A DNA stretch of 51,079 bases, taken from a virus. Its lineage: Duplodnaviria > Caudoviricetes. Every line of letters begins with the position of its first letter. The stretch's first letter is position 1. Below are positions 26,615 through 35,809 of the stretch, piece by piece. Below the pieces are notes generated by a model. That model saw only the letters and a list, made by a program, of their open reading frames with translations, was not told where the DNA came from and did no database searches. The stretch spans positions 1 to 51,079 of IMG/VR virus record IMGVR_UViG_3300028198_000454; one strand, written 5' to 3'. The position numbers and the translations under genes were made by a program.

Positions 26615-27094
26615 TTAGTTATTTACACCTTTTTCTGTGTCTTCTGTCATTTGCTTTTTAAGATCCTTGAGTATTTCTTGTCTTTCTTGATATTCTTCTT
26701 CGGTGGTTTTACTTACAGCGTATCTAGCGTTAAGTTTTTCTCCATCGTGACGATGATCTTGCCGAACTCCTCCTCTGTATTGGTATTTATTAAGTTCCGC
26801 ATCTCTTTCGGAGCTTTGTTCAATTTCTATGTTTAAAGCGGAGATAAACCATATCTTGCCTTGGGGATCAGTTACCATGTATTGAGGTTTGATCCTGCCT
26901 CTAATATCATCGATAAGAACTCTTGTGCCCTTTTTCAGAGTCTTCTTACCTTTTTTGTCGTCATGAATTTCGTCCTCTAAAATTATCCCGAATTGATTAA
27001 TTGCGCCTTTCCAATGCTTGGTTGAGTGCTTGTGCCATTTCTCGTGGGTTACGTTAGATTCGAATTCTTTTTTTATATTCTTTTCCTCTTTCAT
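26615..27094 (-). CDS. hypothetical protein
   Basis: ORF; start taken at MKEEK. Confidence 0.7.
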   Translation of the reverse strand: MKEEKNIKKEFESNVTHEKWHKHSTKHWKGAINQFGIILEDEIHDDKKGKKTLKKGTRVLIDDIRGRIKPQYMVTDPQGKIWFISALNIEIEQSSERDAELNKYQYRGGVRQDHRHDGEKLNARYAVSKTTEEEYQERQEILKDLKKQMTEDTEKGVNN

Positions 27095-27096
27095 GG

Positions 27097-27585
27097 TTAG
27101 TTTGCGTCGTGTCCAGATTTGTCGCGCCCTTCCTTTGGCTCGTTCTCTAAAATCTCTACTAACTCTATATTGCACTTAATGGGAATGTTCGGGGGGGTTC
27201 TGTATCCGTGAAAAGTATGAAAGCTGCTGGCCCCTTCCTCTCCGTAAGCTAAGTCAGAGGGGATAAGAAGATTAGATTTGGCGCCGACCTTCATTTGCAA
27301 AAGGGCGATGTCGAGGCCTTCAATAGACTGACCTTTTGTATAAATCTCGTCTTTAGGCGTCCTTTTTCCTATGCAAATTTCAATGGGGCCAGATAATGGT
27401 ATACTGGTATCGTAGGTACTGTAAGAAATTCTATCTACGTATTCCTTTTTTTCGTAGTCATACTCCGAACTTGTGACGCCTTCGTTTGCCCAAAGCTCGT
27501 AGTGCATAAGTACGGTTTCCCCGGCTTTTGGGAACTCTCCATAACCTTCTTTTAGGGTTTCTATGCTCAAGTCTTCTTTATTCAT
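27097..27585 (-). CDS. FKBP-type peptidyl-prolyl isomerase
   Basis: V.MHY, IEGLD..L.QMKVG, IPSDLAYG, PPN. Confidence 0.88.
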   Translation of the reverse strand: MNKEDLSIETLKEGYGEFPKAGETVLMHYELWANEGVTSSEYDYEKKEYVDRISYSTYDTSIPLSGPIEICIGKRTPKDEIYTKGQSIEGLDIALLQMKVGAKSNLLIPSDLAYGEEGASSFHTFHGYRTPPNIPIKCNIELVEILENEPKEGRDKSGHDAN

Positions 27586-28745
27586 TTGTAAATTTTTAAA
27601 CCTTCTTGTCTTAGTACAGCTATACTTAGATTATTGTAGCCGGATTTAGTCAATTTGTCAACTATTTCGTCAGAGTAGCTTGCTCCTATCACTATAATAG
27701 CCTTTACAGGGTCTTCTTTTAGCGTGTCCGCGGAAACGATTGGCACGTTGCTGGCGGGAGATTTTCTACCCTGCTTAAACGAGGCGTCATCAACTATATA
27801 TTTAAGTCTGGGGCCAATTCCAGATAGAGCTATTAAGGCTAAGGATTGGTGACCGGCCCCGTAAACAGCTACGCTGTTGTCTTCGTATCCTCTGACATAT
27901 TTGTTTAGACTGGACAGGTCCTTTTTTTTCTTTTTTTCAAAAAGCTCGAAGTCTATTTTGTTTTTCGTGAAGTCGGCTAAGCGGGAACTTTCTTCTTTGT
28001 CTCTTTTAACCACGGTGGCTGAGATAATATAATCGTGCCAGATGGATGAACATTCTAAAACCTCAAACCCAGATATATCTAAAAGAAAAGTTAGGCTTGA
28101 TTTAGTGAAGTAGGACAAGTGATCTCCTATAAACTCCGAAAAGTGTCCGGTAGCTGCCATCATGTCAAAGTTAGGTACTTCTACTATCCCGACTCCTCCT
28201 TCTTTAAGATTGTTTCTGATTCCTTCGAGCAGCTGCTTAGGGTTCGGGGCGTGTTCAAGAAAGTTCATTGTAAAAAAAGCGTCAAAAGGGTGGTTCATTA
28301 CCCTGCTGTTTTTGTCTGTAATGTATCCTTGGTAAACGCTTAGTCCTCTTGTTCTGCTTTTATGCGCAAGCATTGGGTTATTTTCCAGCCCGTAGGTTTC
28401 TGCTCCGGCGTCTCTCATAATGCGAAGGTATTCCCCGTCTCCGCAACCAACCTCAAGAACTCTTTTTTCGTAGAGAGAGTTCTCTTTAATAAAGTTTCCA
28501 AACTGCTCTTCTCTAAATTTTTTCATTTCGTCAGAAAACCCTACTGCACGAATAACATCTTTGTAGTAGTGGATCGGTTCGTTAGTCAACTGAACTAGAT
28601 CGCAATGTGAACATTGCCTTACCTCTAAGTCTACTTTCGAAGGATTGTCAAATTCTTGAGCACCCGCAGGCATGTTCTCTAGTTTGAAAAAGTGATCCTC
28701 GAACAGGGCGGAATCACAAGATAGGCATTTTTTACTTATTTCCAT
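27582..28745 (-). CDS. NDP-sugar C-methyltransferase-like SAM methyltransferase
   Basis: N-terminal CxxC/CxxC, LEVGCGDG, LEH, YGAG, KQGR..P. Confidence 0.85.
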   Translation of the reverse strand: MEISKKCLSCDSALFEDHFFKLENMPAGAQEFDNPSKVDLEVRQCSHCDLVQLTNEPIHYYKDVIRAVGFSDEMKKFREEQFGNFIKENSLYEKRVLEVGCGDGEYLRIMRDAGAETYGLENNPMLAHKSRTRGLSVYQGYITDKNSRVMNHPFDAFFTMNFLEHAPNPKQLLEGIRNNLKEGGVGIVEVPNFDMMAATGHFSEFIGDHLSYFTKSSLTFLLDISGFEVLECSSIWHDYIISATVVKRDKEESSRLADFTKNKIDFELFEKKKKKDLSSLNKYVRGYEDNSVAVYGAGHQSLALIALSGIGPRLKYIVDDASFKQGRKSPASNVPIVSADTLKEDPVKAIIVIGASYSDEIVDKLTKSGYNNLSIAVLRQEGLKIYK

Positions 28746-29260
28746 TGGTCTTCGTTTATTTCTTTTTTATACATGTGGTGGAGTTCAAGTAAATCATCAG
28801 GGCAATCATCGTGCCACTTTAAAAACCCCGGATCGTTTTCTTTTAGGTTTTTGTTATAGGGAATAAAATCTCCGGGCAAGGAGCAAGCAAATAAAAAAGA
28901 AATATAATGACATAAAGTGTCCCTGTCAATAAAAAGCTCTTTCGAACACATTGGTTCTTTTTTATGCGATACTGGATAGCCTATTTCCGTCCTTGAGACA
29001 AGGTTAAGTCTTTCGATCATTGTTTCTTTATATCTGATAACTCCGCCGGGGATATGCCATCCTGTCCCTGCGTACTCGTCGTCCCTCCAAGCTAACAAAA
29101 CTCTGTTTTTGTTATCTTTTATTAAAAGATCGACATTGGTTATCGGCGTCATTCGACTTACCGCTTCGAATATGTCTTTGGGGAGCCCGATTTCTGGGTA
29201 TTCTTCCCTGAAGTGTTTTATTTTATTCTCTAAATAGAGTAAAAGTTGACTGGTTTTCAT
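28736..29260 (-). CDS. NUDIX hydrolase (GDP-mannose mannosyl hydrolase-like)
   Basis: TPITNVDLLI, WHIPGG.I...E, HY. Confidence 0.8.
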   Translation of the reverse strand: MKTSQLLLYLENKIKHFREEYPEIGLPKDIFEAVSRMTPITNVDLLIKDNKNRVLLAWRDDEYAGTGWHIPGGVIRYKETMIERLNLVSRTEIGYPVSHKKEPMCSKELFIDRDTLCHYISFLFACSLPGDFIPYNKNLKENDPGFLKWHDDCPDDLLELHHMYKKEINEDQWK

Positions 29261-30271
29261 TTAATATACGAAATGTTTTTCGTCAATTATATTATTATTT
29301 TTACTATACCAATTGTAAATTTTTTTTATACTGTCGTCTATATTTTGAAATTTTATTCCAGACTCTTCACAGAAGCGAGTATTATCTCCGCTATATTCGT
29401 AACCACCCGTGTCGTTTTCAACCACAATATCTAAGTCTTTGCCCGATGCCTCTCTTACTTTTTCAGCTAAATCTTTGTACGAGTAGCATTCTCCGGTACA
29501 AATATTATAATTTTTATGTTTAGGAGTGTTGTTGATAAGCCATTTTACAGCTTTTGCCAAGTCGTTAATGTAGAGATAATCAAAAACAGAATTAAATCTC
29601 ATTTTTATAGGCATGCCTAAAACAGCTTTACAGCAAGCATTTGGTATAAACCTGTACCTCCAGTCATCATGCTCTCCGAAAACTCCAAATAACCTTAAGT
29701 TATAAATATTAGAACTTTCTAGTGAATGCCTATTCATTAAATATTTAGAATATCCATATTGATCAATGGGAACATTTTGATTGTAGTAGTCCTCTTTCAT
29801 TTTAGAGGTCCAATTTTCTCTATTAAATTCTGCCCCTGACCCAAAGTAAATCATTTTGCCGAAGTGATTACTGCATCTTGCAATGTTAAAAAACATCCTG
29901 AGATTTTTTTCTAGAACTAAGTTTGGGTTTTTATCAGAAAATTCTGGAGCAGCGTCATAGGTCGCTCCGTGAATTATTATATCGTAGCCTCTATTGGCTA
30001 TAAATTTTTCTACTTTTTTTGAATCCGTAAGATCTAGTTGGGAGCTATTGTAGGACACTACATCATAGCACCATGTCAAGAATTTACCCTCATAATTCTC
30101 TGCTGAAGAAAGATTCTCTTTTAAGCTTTTCGCTATGAATCCATTGCCTCCGGTTATTAGAATTTTTTTAATTTTTAGTTTTGGTCTCTGTGGAACATTA
30201 TTGTTCTTTTCAGCCCTTCCTCTAAGTCTGTTGTTGGGTTCCAGCCGAGGGCTTGTATTTTTTTTATACAA
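29261..30271 (-). CDS. NAD-dependent epimerase/reductase
   Basis: ILITGGNGFIA, GSGAE, YGYSK; true start probably near 30170. Confidence 0.88.
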   Translation of the reverse strand: MYKKNTSPRLEPNNRLRGRAEKNNNVPQRPKLKIKKILITGGNGFIAKSLKENLSSAENYEGKFLTWCYDVVSYNSSQLDLTDSKKVEKFIANRGYDIIIHGATYDAAPEFSDKNPNLVLEKNLRMFFNIARCSNHFGKMIYFGSGAEFNRENWTSKMKEDYYNQNVPIDQYGYSKYLMNRHSLESSNIYNLRLFGVFGEHDDWRYRFIPNACCKAVLGMPIKMRFNSVFDYLYINDLAKAVKWLINNTPKHKNYNICTGECYSYKDLAEKVREASGKDLDIVVENDTGGYEYSGDNTRFCEESGIKFQNIDDSIKKIYNWYSKNNNIIDEKHFVY

Positions 30272-31218
30272 AAAGCACTTCTGACGACAGGGCTTTTGCT
30301 TTTTTTCTTCTGTTTTATGATTTTACTAGACGATTGTTTGTCGATGCTTAGTAGTAAGTTAGCAAGGTTAAGCAGGGGCTCCTCGCGCTTAGAGGAAACG
30401 TTAAAGGCTTCGCATTTTTTAGCTTTTAAGAGAACGGTAAAAAAAGCAACTGTCGCGTCAGAAATATATAAAAAAGAACGAGTGGTCTTGTTGCAGTTTA
30501 TATTTAAATCCAAGTTCTTAATAGATCTAGAGATAAACTTGGAAACAACTCTCTCGTCTTTTGGGCTAAAACCCGGTCCGTAAACGTAGCTTGGCCGAAC
30601 TATCTTAGCTGGTATGTTGTACTGCGAGCTCCAGCTAGCGCAAATAGTTTCTGCCATGCGCTTGCTTTCGCTATAGGAAGAATTTAAATCAAGAGGGTCT
30701 AAATAGCCATAATCGGACTCTTTAGCTGGTATCTTATCCTCATTCATTCTGCCGAGAACTCCTCCTGTGCTGAAAAATAAAAAGCCTTTAATTTTGTTTT
30801 TTCTTGATAGCTCGAGCAGGTTTATTGTGCCTTTTATGTTTGACTCTATTGTTCCTACGGGGTCTTTAGTGTAAAATTCTGGTCTAGCGTGACTAGCGCA
30901 GTGCATGACGTAATCTATTTTACATTGAGTATCTAGGGGGAGGCGAACGTCATGCCTTAAAAATTGCAAGTCAACTCTGTCGCTTTGAGAGACTTTGAAG
31001 CAATGAGGATGCTTCCTGATTGACCGAACCATAGATATTATTTTTATATTTAAGTTTTTATAATCATTTAAATAAAGAAGAGTCTCTGTTAGGTATCTCG
31101 CCAAAAACCCGTTGCCGCCAGATATTAAAACGGTAGAGTTGGCGAGTTTGTCCCAAGGCAGGTCTTGGTTAATTATGAACTCAAAGTCTTCTTTTAGGAT
31201 TTTTTCTTTAATGTTCAA
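30175..31218 (-). CDS. NAD-dependent epimerase/dehydratase (UDP-glucuronate decarboxylase-like)
   Basis: ISGGNGFL, ASHARP, YSESKR, YGPG. Confidence 0.88.
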   Translation of the reverse strand: MNIKEKILKEDFEFIINQDLPWDKLANSTVLISGGNGFLARYLTETLLYLNDYKNLNIKIISMVRSIRKHPHCFKVSQSDRVDLQFLRHDVRLPLDTQCKIDYVMHCASHARPEFYTKDPVGTIESNIKGTINLLELSRKNKIKGFLFFSTGGVLGRMNEDKIPAKESDYGYLDPLDLNSSYSESKRMAETICASWSSQYNIPAKIVRPSYVYGPGFSPKDERVVSKFISRSIKNLDLNINCNKTTRSFLYISDATVAFFTVLLKAKKCEAFNVSSKREEPLLNLANLLLSIDKQSSSKIIKQKKKSKSPVVRSAFCIKKIQALGWNPTTDLEEGLKRTIMFHRDQN

Positions 31219-33016
31219 GTTCCGTTATGAATAAGTTCTTTTTAAACTCTGATCTATCTAAAAAGGGAAACAGGTCTTCCATAGGTAGAGTGGTAAAACT
31301 ACCGTCTTCTTTTTTTCTTACCGAGGCTTTAGGTAGGGTAACGTGATCTGGGTTTATTTTTAGTTCGCAAATTAGAGGACCTAAAGTATCTAGAGCGGTT
31401 TTAATATCGGCTTTAAGATTGCTCTGGTTAGATATTTTCATGTAAGGTATTTTGTAAGATGCTGATACGCACATTACAGAAGGCAAGGTAAGTCCGCTAG
31501 AGGGATCACTAATAACTAGCTTTCCGTCGAAGTGACTGTTTTGAGTGGTTCTTATTGAACCGTATCCGTTGTTATTTAAAACAAAAATCTTAATCGGCAA
31601 GTTATATCTGCTGATCAACTCGAGCTCTTGAACGTTCATAGTAAACCCTCCGTCTCCGTCAATGCTTATAGTTTCTTTTCCGCTGGCAATGCACCCTCCT
31701 ATAGCAGAAGGAATGGCGAAGCCCATAGCCCCTAAGCCTTGGCTATTATATACTCTAGTGCCTTTTTTACATTTGAAGGCTTGCATCGTGACTTCGCTCG
31801 AAGCGCCCGAGCTGCCCGGGATCAGTAGAGAGTTTTCTGGTAGAAGATCCGAGAGATACTCTATAAAGGCATAGTTGCTTATGAGTTTTTTATCCTCTAG
31901 GTAGCTATCTAGGACAACTGGGTATTTGTTATATGAATTCTTGCAGTGTTTAAGCCATTTATTTGGAACCTTGTGTTTCTCTTTTAGACTTGGGTTAATC
32001 TGCTTGAAAAAATGTTTAGCATCTACGGAAAGTGGGTAATTAATGTTTATGCCCAGCTTATTTATTTCGTTTTCGTCTACGTCAACGATACATTTTACAG
32101 CTTCTCTTGCAAAGTATTGGGGCTGGTAAGCCAGCTGACCGTGGTCGAGTCTGGCTCCTATAACTATAATGAAATCCGAATTTTGTTGATTGAAGTTAGC
32201 TCCTCTTTGACCTACTCCTCCGGGTCTTCCAACATATTGAGGGTGAGTCTCCTCTAGAAGATCTAATGCTTTCCAAGTTGTGAGAACTGGAATTTTTGTT
32301 TTTTCTATAAACTCGATGAATCCAGCGTAAGCGTCAGAAAGCCTAATTCCGTTACCAGCTAGGACAATAGGCCTCTTCGCTTCAGAGAGAGAATTTAACA
32401 GAGATTTAATAGAACTGAATAACTCGTCTTCGTCGTCGAAGAGGTTTAATTGGTTAAGTTTGTCGGGTTTGGGGGCTACGTAGCCTTTGAGCTTGTTGGG
32501 ATTTATTTGTGCCGCTTGAACATCCAGAGGTATGTCTAATAAAACAGGCCCCTTTCTTCCGTTTGTAGCAAGATGAAGAGCTTTATCTATATGGTATTTA
32601 ATAGACTTAGGATCAGAGACGGTAACCGCGTACTTGGTTATCTCCTTATATATAGAAACTGAATTTATTTCCTGAAACCCTATTTGCCTCACCCTCCTAT
32701 TTCCGACCCGGTCTTTATTTTGAACCTGTCCAGATATAATCAATACAGGTATTGAGTCAAGCCAAGCAGAAGCGATTCCGGTCACAGCGTTAGTCGCTCC
32801 GGGTCCTGTCGTCACAAGAGCAACTCCGAGCTTATTCGTATATTGACTATATGACTCGGCACAAATAGCCGAACCTTGTTCTTGGAGATTAGGAATTAGC
32901 TTAGTATTGCTTTTGGAAATAGAGTCTACTAAATGTATGCATCCTCCGCCAGATACGCAGAAAACGTGGCTTACATATTCTTCTATTCTAGAAGCTACGT
33001 AGTCGGATAGTTTCAT
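31208..33016 (-). CDS. thiamine-diphosphate enzyme, acetolactate synthase family (YerE-like)
   Basis: TTGPGATNA, GFQE, GDGGF.MNVQEL, NNNGY; sits in a sugar operon. Confidence 0.9.
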   Translation of the reverse strand: MKLSDYVASRIEEYVSHVFCVSGGGCIHLVDSISKSNTKLIPNLQEQGSAICAESYSQYTNKLGVALVTTGPGATNAVTGIASAWLDSIPVLIISGQVQNKDRVGNRRVRQIGFQEINSVSIYKEITKYAVTVSDPKSIKYHIDKALHLATNGRKGPVLLDIPLDVQAAQINPNKLKGYVAPKPDKLNQLNLFDDEDELFSSIKSLLNSLSEAKRPIVLAGNGIRLSDAYAGFIEFIEKTKIPVLTTWKALDLLEETHPQYVGRPGGVGQRGANFNQQNSDFIIVIGARLDHGQLAYQPQYFAREAVKCIVDVDENEINKLGININYPLSVDAKHFFKQINPSLKEKHKVPNKWLKHCKNSYNKYPVVLDSYLEDKKLISNYAFIEYLSDLLPENSLLIPGSSGASSEVTMQAFKCKKGTRVYNSQGLGAMGFAIPSAIGGCIASGKETISIDGDGGFTMNVQELELISRYNLPIKIFVLNNNGYGSIRTTQNSHFDGKLVISDPSSGLTLPSVMCVSASYKIPYMKISNQSNLKADIKTALDTLGPLICELKINPDHVTLPKASVRKKEDGSFTTLPMEDLFPFLDRSEFKKNLFITELEH

Positions 33017-34509
33017 CTCCAGTAAGATATAATAGTTTTCCTGTTAGAGTTCTCTTCTATTTTTGAATCGGTATAAAAGGAATCATTAGGGTAGTGGGTA
33101 GAAGAAACTTCTTCTAGGACACATCCATCTTTACTAGAGAAAGAATGTTTTGCTAGCGGAACGACCGTATAGGTCTCGCCGGTTTTCAGAGTCTCTTCAG
33201 AGTCGTCCACTTTTAAATCAAGTAGACCGTGAAGAACCATAAAGGTTTCTTCTTTCTTTTTGTGATGCTGCTCTGGGTGTTCTTGCCCGGGTAACACGAT
33301 GATTAGCTTCTTACAGTAGTCTCTGTTGACTACGGTAATCATTGCTATTCCGGTCTTATAAAATTTATCTATTCCGTAATGGTGAGATATCTCTAAATCT
33401 GCCGACGGGGGATAAATTACTTTGGAGTCGTTTAAAAATTTTTTAACGTCTTGAACTATATCCCAAGCTTTTTGCCTGAGATTCTCAACTGATACAGATT
33501 TTTTTAGTAAGGGCTGATCGGCTGAAATATCTTCGTTGATAAAAAAGCCGCTATATTTTGACATACTATCTGCCAAGTGTTGATTCTCTGCGCTGGGCCA
33601 TGCGCAGTAAAGCCCGTCTCTAGTTACAAACTCTCCTTTCTTATAGTCTTTTTTTGCGAAGACTCCTCTTTTAAATTGACCTAAATCAGCCAGTTCTTTC
33701 TCTGAGGCGGGTTGTTTTTCGTTAGAGCCGTTAGCGGATAGCGCGTTGGACGCCGCCGACAACCACTTCATCATTTGCATAGGGGTAACTGAGTAAGCGT
33801 TGGCTTTGTATTCGTCAGTCTCAACCGCTATGTGTTTTTCTGCAGCGAAGGCTCCTTTAGCGATAGCCATATATATAGCTCTTGTTTCGTCCGGCTCTTC
33901 GTGAGTTGAGTATCCTATTTTAACCTCGGGATATCTCTCTTTTAATAGCGAAATTTGATTCAGCTCAAGATCTTCAAACGCTGTGGGATATTTTCCAACG
34001 CAATGCATTAAACAGAACTCTTTCTTTCTGTGCTGCATAAAGCTAACTACGTTGTCTATATTTTTAAGAGAAGCTCCCGCGGTCGAAAGGATAACAGGAA
34101 TATCCAGCTCTTTAATTTTATTTAAAAGCATCCAGTCGGTAAAAGAACAGCTTGCAACTTTTGCAATATCGAAGCCCATTTCTTTTACTTGGTCGACTGA
34201 GGGCTCATCAAAAGCTGTGCTCATAGTAAGAAAGCCTTTTTCTTGAGCGTAATCCTTAAGGGTTAAGAATTCATCCTTGGTAAGATTGGTTTCTTTGAAT
34301 CTTTTTACATATTTCAGATCGTCCCTGTCGGCATAATCTTTATGTATAAAGGTCTCTAGATGCCTAAACTGAAACTTCCAAGCGAAATCGAACTTATGCT
34401 TAAACAATTCGGCGACTTCAGAAAATTTATCAACCATTAGCTTTCCGTGCTCCACATCTCCCATGTGGTTGTTCGCCATCTCAAAAATAATTAATATCTT
34501 GTCTTTCAT
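33013..34509 (-). CDS. NeuB-family nonulosonate synthase with C-terminal cupin
   Basis: EMANNHMGD, KFQ, HCV..YP, EKH; HPEQHHKKKEETF cupin. Confidence 0.9.
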   Translation of the reverse strand: MKDKILIIFEMANNHMGDVEHGKLMVDKFSEVAELFKHKFDFAWKFQFRHLETFIHKDYADRDDLKYVKRFKETNLTKDEFLTLKDYAQEKGFLTMSTAFDEPSVDQVKEMGFDIAKVASCSFTDWMLLNKIKELDIPVILSTAGASLKNIDNVVSFMQHRKKEFCLMHCVGKYPTAFEDLELNQISLLKERYPEVKIGYSTHEEPDETRAIYMAIAKGAFAAEKHIAVETDEYKANAYSVTPMQMMKWLSAASNALSANGSNEKQPASEKELADLGQFKRGVFAKKDYKKGEFVTRDGLYCAWPSAENQHLADSMSKYSGFFINEDISADQPLLKKSVSVENLRQKAWDIVQDVKKFLNDSKVIYPPSADLEISHHYGIDKFYKTGIAMITVVNRDYCKKLIIVLPGQEHPEQHHKKKEETFMVLHGLLDLKVDDSEETLKTGETYTVVPLAKHSFSSKDGCVLEEVSSTHYPNDSFYTDSKIEENSNRKTIISYWR

Positions 34510-34838
34510 TTAAAATTCTCAGGTTTAAAATTAAGTAAGTCTTTAACGTTTATGTTTTTGTCGTCAATAAAAATATCGTAAAAAGGTTTATGGAATTTTA
34601 CTGCGTGAAATTTTGCCCCCCATTCACTAAGCTGCTTTCTTGTTAGGTCCTCCCAGTCTTTTCCTGTTAAGCTTCCTCTAGCTGTCCAGTATACTATTTT
34701 GTGACCTTCTTCATATAAGGAATTAACTTTATTTATATGCTCCTCGATGGGCTTGCTGCTCTTATAATCCTTTTCTTTTGAGTCTTTAAGAGAAGGTGTT
34801 TCGCAGATAGTGTCATCTATGTCAACATAAATTACCAT
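34506..34838 (-). CDS. HAD-family phosphatase (capsule-biosynthesis type)
   Basis: DIDDTIC, WTARG, KP..D.FIDDK. Confidence 0.85.
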   Translation of the reverse strand: MVIYVDIDDTICETPSLKDSKEKDYKSSKPIEEHINKVNSLYEEGHKIVYWTARGSLTGKDWEDLTRKQLSEWGAKFHAVKFHKPFYDIFIDDKNINVKDLLNFKPENFK

Positions 34839-35794
34839 ATGAACTTATCTTTATAATATTCTGCGATGCTGGTTATTTCTGTATCGAAATTCATTTTTGC
34901 CCTCCATCCTAGGTTCCGTAATTTACTGTCGTCGAGAGAATAGCGAACGTCTTGTCCGGGTCTAGATATAGAAAAGTCTAAGTAGTCATCTAGGTTGGAC
35001 TCGTCTTCGTTAAGTTTTCCGAAGCACCTAAGGACTTTCTTGACTGTGTCTATATTCTTTTGCTCGAAGCCTCCTTCTACGTTATAAATCTCGTTAGTCT
35101 TCCCTGATTGAATAATAGTGGTAACAGCTTGGGCGGTATCATCCGCGTGAAGCCAGCTACGGACGGGGGAGCCATTGTTGTGTAATGGAATTTCTCTGCC
35201 TAATTGGACGTATTTACATGCTTTAGGCACCAGTTTTTCTACGTACTGATTTTCTCCGTAGTTATTAGTTGGTCTAAGTATTACATAAGGAATGCCATAA
35301 GTCCTGTTCCAAGCCAATACTAGCATATCGGCCGAAGCTTTCGTGGCTGAATAAGGGTTGGAGGGCTTTAAGAGGTCTTTTTCTGTGTGGCTCCCGGACT
35401 CTATGTCTCCGTAAACCTCATCTGTGCTAAAATGAAAAAACACAGGAACATCTTTACCTTCTTGTCTAAAGTGGCGAATCTTTTCTAAAAGGTGGTGTAC
35501 CCCGCTTACATTCGAATGAACAAATTCATCGCTACAGACAATGGAGTTTCCGACATGCGTTTCCGCTGCTACGTTTATGACGTAATCACAATCGTATAAA
35601 AAATCAATATCGTTAATGTCTGTCGCCTCAAAAGAAAAGTTTTTATATTGGTTAAACTCGTCCAGTAACTTTGGGTTGGCTGCGTAAGTTCCTTTATCTA
35701 CTCCTCTCACATACCAGCCTAGATCCAAACATCTTCTGGTTACATAAGACCCTATAAATCCGAGGCATCCAGTGATATAAACTAATTTTTTCAT
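34832..35794 (-). CDS. rfbB: dTDP-glucose 4,6-dehydratase
   Basis: TGCLGFIG, AAETHV, STDEVYG, PYSATKA, RPGQDVRY. Confidence 0.9.
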   Translation of the reverse strand: MKKLVYITGCLGFIGSYVTRRCLDLGWYVRGVDKGTYAANPKLLDEFNQYKNFSFEATDINDIDFLYDCDYVINVAAETHVGNSIVCSDEFVHSNVSGVHHLLEKIRHFRQEGKDVPVFFHFSTDEVYGDIESGSHTEKDLLKPSNPYSATKASADMLVLAWNRTYGIPYVILRPTNNYGENQYVEKLVPKACKYVQLGREIPLHNNGSPVRSWLHADDTAQAVTTIIQSGKTNEIYNVEGGFEQKNIDTVKKVLRCFGKLNEDESNLDDYLDFSISRPGQDVRYSLDDSKLRNLGWRAKMNFDTEITSIAEYYKDKFIW

Positions 35795-35809
35795 TATTTT
35801 TTAAATAGC

